From assembly GCA_003516025.1 (NCBI GenBank), contig CP023991.1:600001-632000 (forward strand): a stretch of DNA of 32,000 nt. The letters run 5' to 3'. Positions 24,629 through 32,000 of this stretch are shown one piece after another. The notes beneath the pieces were generated by a model. That model had not been told where the DNA came from, searched no databases, and was given only the letters and a program-made list of their open reading frames with translations. Positions within the stretch are counted from its first letter, which is position 1. Each line of letters starts with the position of its first letter. This DNA comes from Candidatus Saccharimonadota bacterium. GTDB taxonomy: Bacteria; Patescibacteriota; Saccharimonadia; Saccharimonadales; UBA4665. The translations under genes and the position numbers were made by a program.

Positions 24629-26293
24629 CTAGAAATGGTCACGGACGCGGCTGAAGCTGAAGTCCCAGTCGGCGTCGGCCTTTTTGTGCGGATTAAAGAT
24701 GTTCTGGGGATCCATAATGTGTTTAGCCTGCTTAAACAAACCGAGTACTTCAGGGCCATACATCTGTTCCAGCCAGGGGCCGCGAACCAGGCCATCGTTG
24801 TGCTCGCCACTCAGTGAACCCTTGTATTTAAGGACAAGCTCGTCTACTTCTTTCATAGCCGGCAACAGCTTTGCGCGCTCTTTCGGATCTTCCAGCTTCA
24901 TGAGCGGAATGATATGGAAGTTTCCGTCACCCATGTGCCCGGCGATGGTCGCGAATAATTTGTACTTATGGATAATCGCCCGTATTTGCGGCAGAAATTC
25001 CGGCAGGTATGGCGGGTTAACGATCAGGTCGTCAATAAAAGGCGCGGTATGCTTGTCTTTTACCTTTTTGCGAAGCAGCTGGAAGCTCTGGCGGCGCATG
25101 ATCCAGAATTTTTCGCTTTTACCTTCAGTGGGGTCTTCTTCGAAACCGTTAATCTCATAGCGAGCCTTGAGGTGCTTTAATTCGGTGTGCAGCGCCTTGA
25201 TTTTATTACGAACTTCTTCTTCGGTGTCACCATTAAACTCGACCATCAGGATGAGCTTTGGAATGCCATGCAACAACTGCAAACCATCAGGGATTAAGCC
25301 GAACAAAAGCTTGATAAACGCCTTCGGTCCCAGCATCTTTAGGAAGTAGGGCATAAACTTAATGGACAACCACAAGGTAGCGTCATCAAACGATTCAAAA
25401 GTTGCCGGTTTATGCTCTAAAACGGTATTAATTAAGGAACCCAGCTCGTTAATGTCACGAAGGAACAGGACAAGCAGGCCGGAATGCGCCCGGGCTGGCA
25501 CTAACCGGAACGTAACATCAGTCGTAAAACCGAGCGTACCCTGAGCGCCGATGATAAGTTTTGTCAGGTCAAAGATCTGTGTTTCACGGTCCCATATGTC
25601 CCACAGGTTATAACCAGTGGAATTTTTGCTGACTTTCGGACGAGCATTTTTAATTGTGTCGTAGTTTTGCTCGACCAGCTGGAAGAGTTCGCGGTAGACC
25701 TGGCCTTCGAAATCCTGCTGTGCCATCTTGGCGTCAAGCTCCGATTTGGTGAGTGCCTTAACGGTCCGCTCTACACCGTCAGCGAAGATAACTTGTAATT
25801 CGGTAACGAAATCGATGGTTTTGCCGAATTCCAGTGACTTTTCACCGCCGGAGTTATTGTTTACCATACCGCCGATCGTACAGAGATCGCGGGAAGCCGG
25901 ATAGGTTGGCATGAGGGCGTTTTGCTTGAGGGTTTCTTTTTCGAAGTCGCGGTAAAACACGCCGGGCTGGGTGCGGGCAACCGTTGGGGTTACCTGTTCG
26001 ATAGTCGTGAAGTACTTGTTGAAATCAACGATAATCGAGTCGTTAATAGCACCGCCGGACATGTCAGTTCCGGCGCTGCGGGCAGTCAGTGACAACTCCG
26101 GTATAGTAGCTTTATTGGCGGCAACCAGCCCGACCAGTTCCTGGACATCCTTACTGTCTTTAGGAAATACGACCAGTTCGGGCCGCATCTCAAACAGGGA
26201 AGCGTCGTGGCTATAAAAATCACGTGTAGTGTTACTATCGTCAATATCGCCCTTGAAACCAAGGGCTGTCAGTTTTTGCTTTATATCTTCCAT
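24629..26293 (-). CDS. FAD-binding oxidoreductase (FAD_binding_4 / GlcD / D-lactate dehydrogenase-like)
   Basis: 554 aa. The N-terminal FAD-binding PCMH region is PELVVFPKDSKDVQELV...LTARSAGTDMSGG...GGMVNNNSGG. The C-terminal FAD-oxidase domain is GDGNFHIIP...GSLSGEHNDG. Confidence 0.85.
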   Translation of the reverse strand: MEDIKQKLTALGFKGDIDDSNTTRDFYSHDASLFEMRPELVVFPKDSKDVQELVGLVAANKATIPELSLTARSAGTDMSGGAINDSIIVDFNKYFTTIEQVTPTVARTQPGVFYRDFEKETLKQNALMPTYPASRDLCTIGGMVNNNSGGEKSLEFGKTIDFVTELQVIFADGVERTVKALTKSELDAKMAQQDFEGQVYRELFQLVEQNYDTIKNARPKVSKNSTGYNLWDIWDRETQIFDLTKLIIGAQGTLGFTTDVTFRLVPARAHSGLLVLFLRDINELGSLINTVLEHKPATFESFDDATLWLSIKFMPYFLKMLGPKAFIKLLFGLIPDGLQLLHGIPKLILMVEFNGDTEEEVRNKIKALHTELKHLKARYEINGFEEDPTEGKSEKFWIMRRQSFQLLRKKVKDKHTAPFIDDLIVNPPYLPEFLPQIRAIIHKYKLFATIAGHMGDGNFHIIPLMKLEDPKERAKLLPAMKEVDELVLKYKGSLSGEHNDGLVRGPWLEQMYGPEVLGLFKQAKHIMDPQNIFNPHKKADADWDFSFSRVRDHF

Positions 26294-26345
26294 ATGCTAT
26301 AAGCTTAACCGTTATGCGGTGAATTAGCAATATAGCGGCAGGGCG

Positions 26346-26819
26346 CTAGCGATGGATTTCTTCCGGCGCGCAGTCACGTATATCCGGATCGAATGCCCGG
26401 TTGATAGGCACACCAGCCTGGTCACCGTTTTCGAAGTTGTTTGCCGGCGCAAAGTCACCGCCCAGCTCGCCTTCGGACGGGTCGAGCTTATACCAGCCAC
26501 CCTCGCCGCTACCTATGGTCTGTTCGGGCACATGACATAAAACCATGACCGCCCGGCCGATTTCAAGACGCCCAGTAATACCTGAGGCGTTTTCATAATT
26601 CGCGAAGACGTCTGTTTCAAATTGCACGATATTACAGTAGCCAGTGGCGGTCTCTACGCCGGGGTCACAGGCAGTCGCCGCGGACGAAGAAGCAGCCACG
26701 TCGCTCGTTTCGCTGCCAGACGAGCAACTGGTAGCCAGTACAAGCCCGCCGGTCAGAGCAGCCACTTGTGCCGAACGACGCAGCACTGATGAGCGCTTAG
26801 CACTTGTTTCTATAGACAT
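26346..26819 (-). CDS. Putative lipoprotein, unknown function
   Basis: The start is moved to ATG 26819, preceded by TACAAT-ggcggc. The signal and lipobox-like sequence is AALTGGLVLATSC. The mature domain is Cys-framed with a GGWYKL SH3-like segment. The track start at 27029 would overlap ndh. Confidence 0.55.
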   Translation of the reverse strand: MSIETSAKRSSVLRRSAQVAALTGGLVLATSCSSGSETSDVAASSSAATACDPGVETATGYCNIVQFETDVFANYENASGITGRLEIGRAVMVLCHVPEQTIGSGEGGWYKLDPSEGELGGDFAPANNFENGDQAGVPINRAFDPDIRDCAPEEIHR

Positions 26820-26825
26820 GCCGCC

Positions 26826-26831
26826 ATTGTA
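26826..26831 (-). promoter_or_regulatory. -10 box TACAAT, 6 nt upstream of ATG 26819 (leaderless)
   Basis: The minus strand reads TACAAT-GGCGGC-ATG. This is nearly identical to the 16904-16918 arrangement (TACAAT-GGCCGC-ATG). Confidence 0.45.
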
Positions 26832-26906
26832 CGGTACTAACGACAGCCAGTAGTGAGATTTTATACTGCGTACATTGTTGGCATAGGCATATTGCTTACG
26901 GTTTTG

Positions 26907-26912
26907 TATACT
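26907..26912 (+). promoter_or_regulatory. -10 box TATACT, 7 nt upstream of the ndh ATG (leaderless)
   Basis: TATACT-actacgt-ATG(26920), with no SD. Confidence 0.45.
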
Positions 26913-26919
26913 ACTACGT

Positions 26920-28116
26920 ATGAAGAAACAACAAGTTGTGATTGTTGGCGGCGGGTTCGGCGGTATCAAAGCGGCGCTCGAACTAGCTAACGACAGTCGC
27001 TTTAGCATCACCCTTATATCTGACCGCAATACTTTCCGCTACTATCCGACGCTGTACCATACGGCAACCGGAGGACTGCAGAGGCAGTCAAGCCTGCCAT
27101 TAGCCGAACTGTTCCAGGACAAACCGGTCACGATCGTGGAAGGCAGCATGACAGCCGCCGACCGTAAAGCTCGAACCGTTACGTTACAGGACGGCCGGGT
27201 TTACACCTACGACTCTCTCGTCCTAGCACTCGGCGTCGTCACTAATTACTTTGGTATTCCCGGTATGCAGGAACTGTCGTACAGCGTCAAGTCGATCGAA
27301 GAGATCACCCGTTTCAAAACTCATGTCCATGACTGGCTGGTCGATGAAGGCAAACCTGATCCGCACTACGTTATCGTGGGGGGCGGCCCAACCGGTATCG
27401 AAGTGGCTGGCGCCTTGCCCGACTACATGAAAAAGGTACTGCAGTGGCACGGCATTAAACATCGTGCTATTCATGTAGACCTCATTGAAGGTTCACCGCG
27501 TTTGTTACCACGCTTCCCCAAAGACGCCTCACGCATGATTACCCGCCGGTTGAAGCGCCAAGGTGTCAAAATCCATGCCGGTAAAGTCGTCCAAGGACTC
27601 ACTGCTGACAGTTTAACCGTCAGCGGCGCGCCGATCCGTAGCCATACCGTAGTCTGGACAGCCGGAGTCACGAATCATCCATTCTATAAGGAAGCCGGTT
27701 TCCAGCTGACGCCTCGTGGTAAAGTAACCACTGACATGTATCTGCAAGCTGAAGATAACGTCTACGTAATCGGTGACAACGCCAACACGCCGTTCAGCGG
27801 TATGGCCCAAACGGCACTGTATGACGGCGCCTATGTCGCGAAAAACTTGAAGCGCAAGGCCAGCGGCAAAGATCCCAAGGGATACGGAGTTAAAAAGCCA
27901 ATCACGGTAATCCCGGTCGGCGAAAAATGGGCCGCTGTCCAGTGGGGCGGTTTGCGCATGTACGGCTGGCTCGGCTGGGTTTTGCGCCAGGCGGGCGACT
28001 ACGTTGGCTACAGAGACTATCAGCCATGGTGGAAAGCCTATAAGCAGTGGTTGACCGAGTTTGGCCGCGAAGAATCGTGCGAAGTTTGTAAAGCCGCTCT
28101 AGCCGCTGGCAAGTAG
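26920..28116 (+). CDS. ndh: Type II NADH:quinone oxidoreductase (NDH-2)
   Basis: Two Rossmann GxGxxG motifs (VVIVGGGFGG and VIVGGGPTGIE), plus VYVIGDNA and a C-terminal amphipathic membrane-association region. Confidence 0.85.
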   Translation: MKKQQVVIVGGGFGGIKAALELANDSRFSITLISDRNTFRYYPTLYHTATGGLQRQSSLPLAELFQDKPVTIVEGSMTAADRKARTVTLQDGRVYTYDSLVLALGVVTNYFGIPGMQELSYSVKSIEEITRFKTHVHDWLVDEGKPDPHYVIVGGGPTGIEVAGALPDYMKKVLQWHGIKHRAIHVDLIEGSPRLLPRFPKDASRMITRRLKRQGVKIHAGKVVQGLTADSLTVSGAPIRSHTVVWTAGVTNHPFYKEAGFQLTPRGKVTTDMYLQAEDNVYVIGDNANTPFSGMAQTALYDGAYVAKNLKRKASGKDPKGYGVKKPITVIPVGEKWAAVQWGGLRMYGWLGWVLRQAGDYVGYRDYQPWWKAYKQWLTEFGREESCEVCKAALAAGK

Positions 28117-28128
28117 CCAGTTTTTTTT
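28106..28128 (+). terminator. Intrinsic terminator of ndh
   Basis: Stem CTGGC/GCCAG with loop AAGTA (overlapping the TAG stop), followed by T8. Confidence 0.6.
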
Positions 28129-28164
28129 CGGGAGACTTCCCCCTGGTAATTAGAAGAAGGGAAG

Positions 28165-28170
28165 TATAAT
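28165..28170 (+). promoter_or_regulatory. -10 box TATAAT, 6 nt upstream of the helicase ATG (leaderless)
   Basis: Consensus TATAAT-aaaact-ATG(28177). Confidence 0.45.
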
Positions 28171-28176
28171 AAAACT

Positions 28177-31100
28177 ATGGACGCCTTTACTACTGCCTAT
28201 AGCCAGCTCAACGATGCCCAAAAACAAGCTGTCGACGCTATAGACGGGCCGGTATTAGTACTCGCCGGCCCTGGAACAGGAAAAACACAATTACTGAGTG
28301 CCCGCGTGGCGAACATTCTTAAACAGACCGACACGCCTGCCTCAACTATCCTGTGTCTCACTTTTACCGATAGCGGCGCCGCTAATATGCGCGAGCGGCT
28401 GACACGCTTTATCGGCCAGACTGCGTACGAAGTCAACATCGGCACCTACCACTCGTTTGGCGGCGACCTGATCCGCCGTTACCCGGAATACTTTTCTACA
28501 GCCGGATCAGACCGTTCGCAGAGCCCCGTTGACGAGCTAGGGAAACGGCAAATCCTGCAAGAACTGACAGAGCAGATGAGCTACAGCAACCCGCTCAAGC
28601 AAACGCGTCACCACCTAGGTGATCTTATGGGAACTATCAGCGAACTGAAGCGCGCTTTAATCACACCTGACCAGCTGCGAGCAATTGCCGCGGAAAATCT
28701 CAGTTTTATAAACGCGGCATCTCAAGGCTTGGCCGATATTTTTGAAAATTTTACAACCATGCCGCGGGCACTCGCCAAGGCACAGCCATATTTTATGGCG
28801 ACCCTGGAGCTGCTCCGTACGTTACAACCCCAAACCCACTCCGCCGGCCAGTTTGGCACCTTAGCTCACATCGCGGCCAACGATTTAGCGGCCGCCCTGG
28901 AATCTGCAGAGGAAACGGCCAAAACGACTCCTCTGACAACTTGGAAAAACAACTGGCTGGTTAAAAATACCGATAATCAGTTCGTATTTGATGGCACACT
29001 GGAAAACCGCCGTGTCCGGGCACTGGCGACCGTTCTCGGACAATACCAGGCCGCCTTGGAAGAGCAGGCCCTGTACGATTTCGATGACATGATCCTGCGC
29101 TCAATCGAAGCCCTCGAAAAGCATCCCAACCTGCGTTACAGCCTGCAGGAGCGCTATCTATACGTATTGCTTGATGAATTCCAGGATACTAACGCCGCGC
29201 AGTTACGGTTAATCGAGCTCCTTACCGACAACCCGGTCAATGAAGGCCGGCCCAATGTTATGGCCGTTGGTGACGATGACCAGGCTATTTATGCTTTCCA
29301 AGGTGCCCAGTATTCCAATATGCTTGATTTTTATCAGATGTACCGTGACGTACTGGTTGTAAATTTAACGGAAAATTACCGGTCGCATGCCGCCATTCTG
29401 GAGACGGCTCAAAACGTCGCCGGACAAATCAGTACCAGGCTTCATCATCACTTCAATGGCATGAGTAAGCAGTTGACTGCCGCCAACAGGTCTATCACCA
29501 CTTCCGAAGTAGTACGCCAAGACTTTTTAAGCCCGATCGCCGAACGCGACTGGGTGGCGAGCCGTATCAGGCAGCTGGTCGATAACGGCACCCCCCCGAG
29601 TGGAATTGCCGTTTTAGCGCCAAAGCACCGCTTTTTAGAACCGCTGGTTCCATATCTTAATAAAGAAGGTGTTCCGGTACGTTATGAAAAGCGTGAGAAC
29701 ATCCTGGAAGCAACGGTTGTCGAACAGCTCATTGTTATGAGCCGCCTGGTTTTAGCCCTTGAGAGTGACAATCAGGCACTAGCGAACCACTTATGGCCGC
29801 AGGTGCTCAGCTATGGCTTCTGGCAGCTGCCGACAGTCCAAATCTGGCAACTTGCCTGGCAAGTGGGGGACCATGCGAAAGAGGGTCTGACCTGGAGCAA
29901 AGCACTGCTCGCCGATACGACCGGCCCGCAGTTACGATTACCGGCTATGCTGCTGCTCAATATAGCTGGCCGGGTGCATACCGAAACGTGCGAAACCATC
30001 CTTGATTACTTAATTGGTAATGCGGCGCTCGAGACCAATGACGATAGCATGCTCCTAGTTACATCACCGCTGCGCAGCTATTACTTAAGTCCCGAACAGC
30101 AGCAGCTGCGGCCAGACCTGTTCTATCAGACCGTTTCGCACCTAACCGTGCTTCGGGCGCGTTTCAATGAATATCAGGCGTCAGGTGACACTACCATGAT
30201 GCTGCCCGACTTCATACGCTTTATCACTATGTACCAGGAAGCCGAGCAACAGATGGTAAATACCAGCCCGTACGCCCAGCAAGCCGATTCTGTGGAACTC
30301 ATGACCGTATTTAAATCAAAGGGCCTTGAATTCCAACATGTTTTCCTCATTAACTGCCTCGATGACACCTGGGGTTCCAGCGCCCGCGATAACGGCAACA
30401 AATTAACACTACCGGCTAACCTGCAGCCTATCCGCCATGCCGGTACGACAGAGGACGAACGGTTACGCATTTTATTCGTAGCGCTCACCCGCGCCAGGCA
30501 AAGCCTTTACTTAACAAGCGCCACCCGGACATTTAGCGGCAAGCATACCAAACGCCTCAAGTACTTCGACGAGCGCGAGCAACCGGACGGCAGCTTTATG
30601 GCCGCCGTTTTACCAGAGCAAAATCAGGCCGTACTGGAGTCTGAACTGGCCGGTGCGGAACCACAGTTAGAGCTGCTGGAGCTTGATTGGCGAGCGCGGC
30701 ACATTGCCGCTGCCGAACTCACTGATCTGCGCGGATTACTTACTGATCGACTGCGCAAGTATCAGCTGAGTCCTACTCATCTCACTGATTTCATTAACCT
30801 TGAGTACGCCGGCCCTCAAAAGTTTTTCTTTAAAACGCTACTCAAATTTCCTGAAACACCACTGCCTGACGCCCAGTTTGGCACCACCATTCATGAAACC
30901 TTGGAATGGATACAGCACCGTACCGCTGAAAACGGCTTCGCACCAAGCATAGCGGAAGTCGTGACCCATTTCCGAAGCCGTATGGCGACTAAGCGCCTGA
31001 CGGAAATTCGCGCTCGCCTGGAAACGGAACGTGGGGAGCGGGCTTTGCAGTCATGGTATAAGCAGCGGGCGCACATATTCTCTCCAGGTGACGTGGCCGA

Positions 31101-31548
31101 GAAGAACTTCCGGAACGAAGGAATATTTGTTGGCGATGCCCATATGTCCGGCCAAATAGACCGCCTGGAAATTAACGAAAAGGATAAGACCATCACTGTT
31201 GTCGATTACAAAACTGGCCGGCCGCACGAAAGTTGGAAGAGCGATCCGAAGCTGCACCGTTACCGATTGCAACTTTACAGCTATAAACTACTGATTGAAG
31301 GCTCTAAGGCATATAAAGATTATCGGGTGATTAAAGGCCGGCTGGAATTCATCGAACCAGACAGCCTTGGTAAAGTACACGCCCTGGAATTGCAATTTAA
31401 GGATGATGAACTGACGCTTACCACCAACCTTATCCAGTCACTTTGGAAACATGTCCAAGAGCTTAATTTCCCCGATGTCAGTCAGTATCAACCTACTATG
31501 AGCGGCGTTAAGGCTTTTGAGCAAGATTTACTAGACGGTAACATCTAA
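28177..31548 (+). CDS. UvrD/Rep/AddA-type SF1 helicase fused to a C-terminal PD-(D/E)XK (RecB-like) nuclease
   Basis: Helicase motifs are I AGPGTGKT, II LLDEFQDTN, III GDDDQAIYAFQGA, IV NYRS, V FKSKGLEF and VI LFVALTRAR. The nuclease region is GQIDRLEI...VVDYKTG...YRLQLYSYKLL. Confidence 0.9.
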   Translation: MDAFTTAYSQLNDAQKQAVDAIDGPVLVLAGPGTGKTQLLSARVANILKQTDTPASTILCLTFTDSGAANMRERLTRFIGQTAYEVNIGTYHSFGGDLIRRYPEYFSTAGSDRSQSPVDELGKRQILQELTEQMSYSNPLKQTRHHLGDLMGTISELKRALITPDQLRAIAAENLSFINAASQGLADIFENFTTMPRALAKAQPYFMATLELLRTLQPQTHSAGQFGTLAHIAANDLAAALESAEETAKTTPLTTWKNNWLVKNTDNQFVFDGTLENRRVRALATVLGQYQAALEEQALYDFDDMILRSIEALEKHPNLRYSLQERYLYVLLDEFQDTNAAQLRLIELLTDNPVNEGRPNVMAVGDDDQAIYAFQGAQYSNMLDFYQMYRDVLVVNLTENYRSHAAILETAQNVAGQISTRLHHHFNGMSKQLTAANRSITTSEVVRQDFLSPIAERDWVASRIRQLVDNGTPPSGIAVLAPKHRFLEPLVPYLNKEGVPVRYEKRENILEATVVEQLIVMSRLVLALESDNQALANHLWPQVLSYGFWQLPTVQIWQLAWQVGDHAKEGLTWSKALLADTTGPQLRLPAMLLLNIAGRVHTETCETILDYLIGNAALETNDDSMLLVTSPLRSYYLSPEQQQLRPDLFYQTVSHLTVLRARFNEYQASGDTTMMLPDFIRFITMYQEAEQQMVNTSPYAQQADSVELMTVFKSKGLEFQHVFLINCLDDTWGSSARDNGNKLTLPANLQPIRHAGTTEDERLRILFVALTRARQSLYLTSATRTFSGKHTKRLKYFDEREQPDGSFMAAVLPEQNQAVLESELAGAEPQLELLELDWRARHIAAAELTDLRGLLTDRLRKYQLSPTHLTDFINLEYAGPQKFFFKTLLKFPETPLPDAQFGTTIHETLEWIQHRTAENGFAPSIAEVVTHFRSRMATKRLTEIRARLETERGERALQSWYKQRAHIFSPGDVAEKNFRNEGIFVGDAHMSGQIDRLEINEKDKTITVVDYKTGRPHESWKSDPKLHRYRLQLYSYKLLIEGSKAYKDYRVIKGRLEFIEPDSLGKVHALELQFKDDELTLTTNLIQSLWKHVQELNFPDVSQYQPTMSGVKAFEQDLLDGNI

Positions 31549-31557
31549 TACATAAAA

Positions 31558-31586
31558 CAGCCGGCTGATTTGAGGTCAGCCGGCTG
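31558..31586. terminator. Hairpin between convergent helicase and MIP genes
   Basis: Perfect 11-bp stem CAGCCGGCTGA/TCAGCCGGCTG with a 7-nt loop and no clear U-tract on either side. Confidence 0.55.
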
Positions 31587-31609
31587 CGTAGCTTCGAAAG
31601 ACTAATTAA

Positions 31610-32000
31610 TTAGCGCTTGCGATTTGTTTTTTTAGCAGTAGCTTTCTTAGTGGTCGCAACTGCTTTCTTTTTAGTTACCGCTGCTTTTGGAGCGACTTTT
31701 TTGCTCTTAGCATTTTCATTGATAGCCTTATCGACGTCGATATCGGTGTCTTCGACTTCTTTCGGCTCAATAACAGCTGCCGCGGCGGACTTAGTGTCGG
31801 CAGTCGCTAGCGCGCGTTCGCTTTTGTTGTTAGCAAACAGCAAGCCATACAGGTTTACGCCGATAACCGCACCGAGCAGTGGCCCTACGAGGTAGTTACG
31901 CCAGCCGTTATCGCCGAAGAACAACCAACCACCGTTCCCAAACAGTTCCCATGCGTTTGCACCAAGAGCTACAGCAGGGTTGATAAGACCTACAGAGGCC
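31610..32000 (-). CDS. MIP-family channel (aquaporin/glycerol facilitator-like), C-terminal part, with ~74-aa Lys/Ala-rich tail; continues beyond the right edge
   Basis: The frame stays open upstream of the track's TTG start, up to the window edge. It reads ...SVGLINPAVALGANAWELFGNGGWLFFGDNGWRNYLVGPLLGAVIGVNLYGLLF, which is the second NPA box plus the last TM helix, then ...AKSKKVAPKAAVTKKKAVATTKKATAKKTNRKR. Confidence 0.75.
   Translation of the reverse strand, partial: ASVGLINPAVALGANAWELFGNGGWLFFGDNGWRNYLVGPLLGAVIGVNLYGLLFANNKSERALATADTKSAAAAVIEPKEVEDTDIDVDKAINENAKSKKVAPKAAVTKKKAVATTKKATAKKTNRKR

Noticed and set aside
26346-27029. Long version of the lipoprotein ORF (227 aa)
   Set aside because: It overlaps the ndh start (26920). 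The internal ATG 26819 is preceded by TACAAT-N6 and gives a proper signal peptide and lipobox.
1-32000. Alternative genetic code (UGA recoding, as in some CPR lineages), CRISPR arrays, or IS/transposon sequences
   Set aside because: TGA terminates well-defined genes (e.g. cyoB at 22490-22492 and the GT-C gene at 15352-15354). Conserved proteins show no in-frame interruptions. No spaced direct repeats or terminal inverted repeats with a transposase were seen.

Overview
Densely packed bacterial chromosomal window of about 50% GC. There are about 35 genes on both strands, with no rRNA, CRISPR array, transposase or integrase. The left third carries housekeeping and envelope genes: a DHH phosphoesterase fragment, cysS, an AI-2E transporter, two GT4 glycosyltransferases, an alpha/beta hydrolase, a VanY/M15B peptidase and tRNA-Gln(UUG). 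The centre (8.4-12.0 kb) holds the most unusual content. It is a minus-strand operon of three exported low-complexity proteins that I cannot assign to any characterised family. Two of them share a repeat signature, SGNA-x5-NDNIGSI-x-TGNA. The operon has internal RNA hairpins and is preceded by a 394-bp leader region with two SD-equipped micro-ORFs. Next come yihY and mscL, then a four-gene lipid-linked glycosylation module at 13.4-17.8 kb: a GtrB-like GT2, a GT-C with a PMT-like DE motif, and two MprF-flippase-like UPF0104 proteins. The right half is a compact aerobic respiratory island: an OmpR/HK pair, cyoABCDE plus an 81-aa membrane ORF, a FAD-linked oxidase and NDH-2. It is followed by a 1123-aa UvrD-type helicase fused to a PD-(D/E)XK nuclease and a partial MIP channel with a Lys/Ala-rich tail. 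Many first genes of transcription units have a consensus -10 box 6-9 nt before the ATG and no Shine-Dalgarno, which implies leaderless mRNAs. Gene content and compaction are compatible with a reduced-genome bacterium such as an oxygen-exposed Saccharibacteria/TM7 lineage. That taxonomic guess is inference only.
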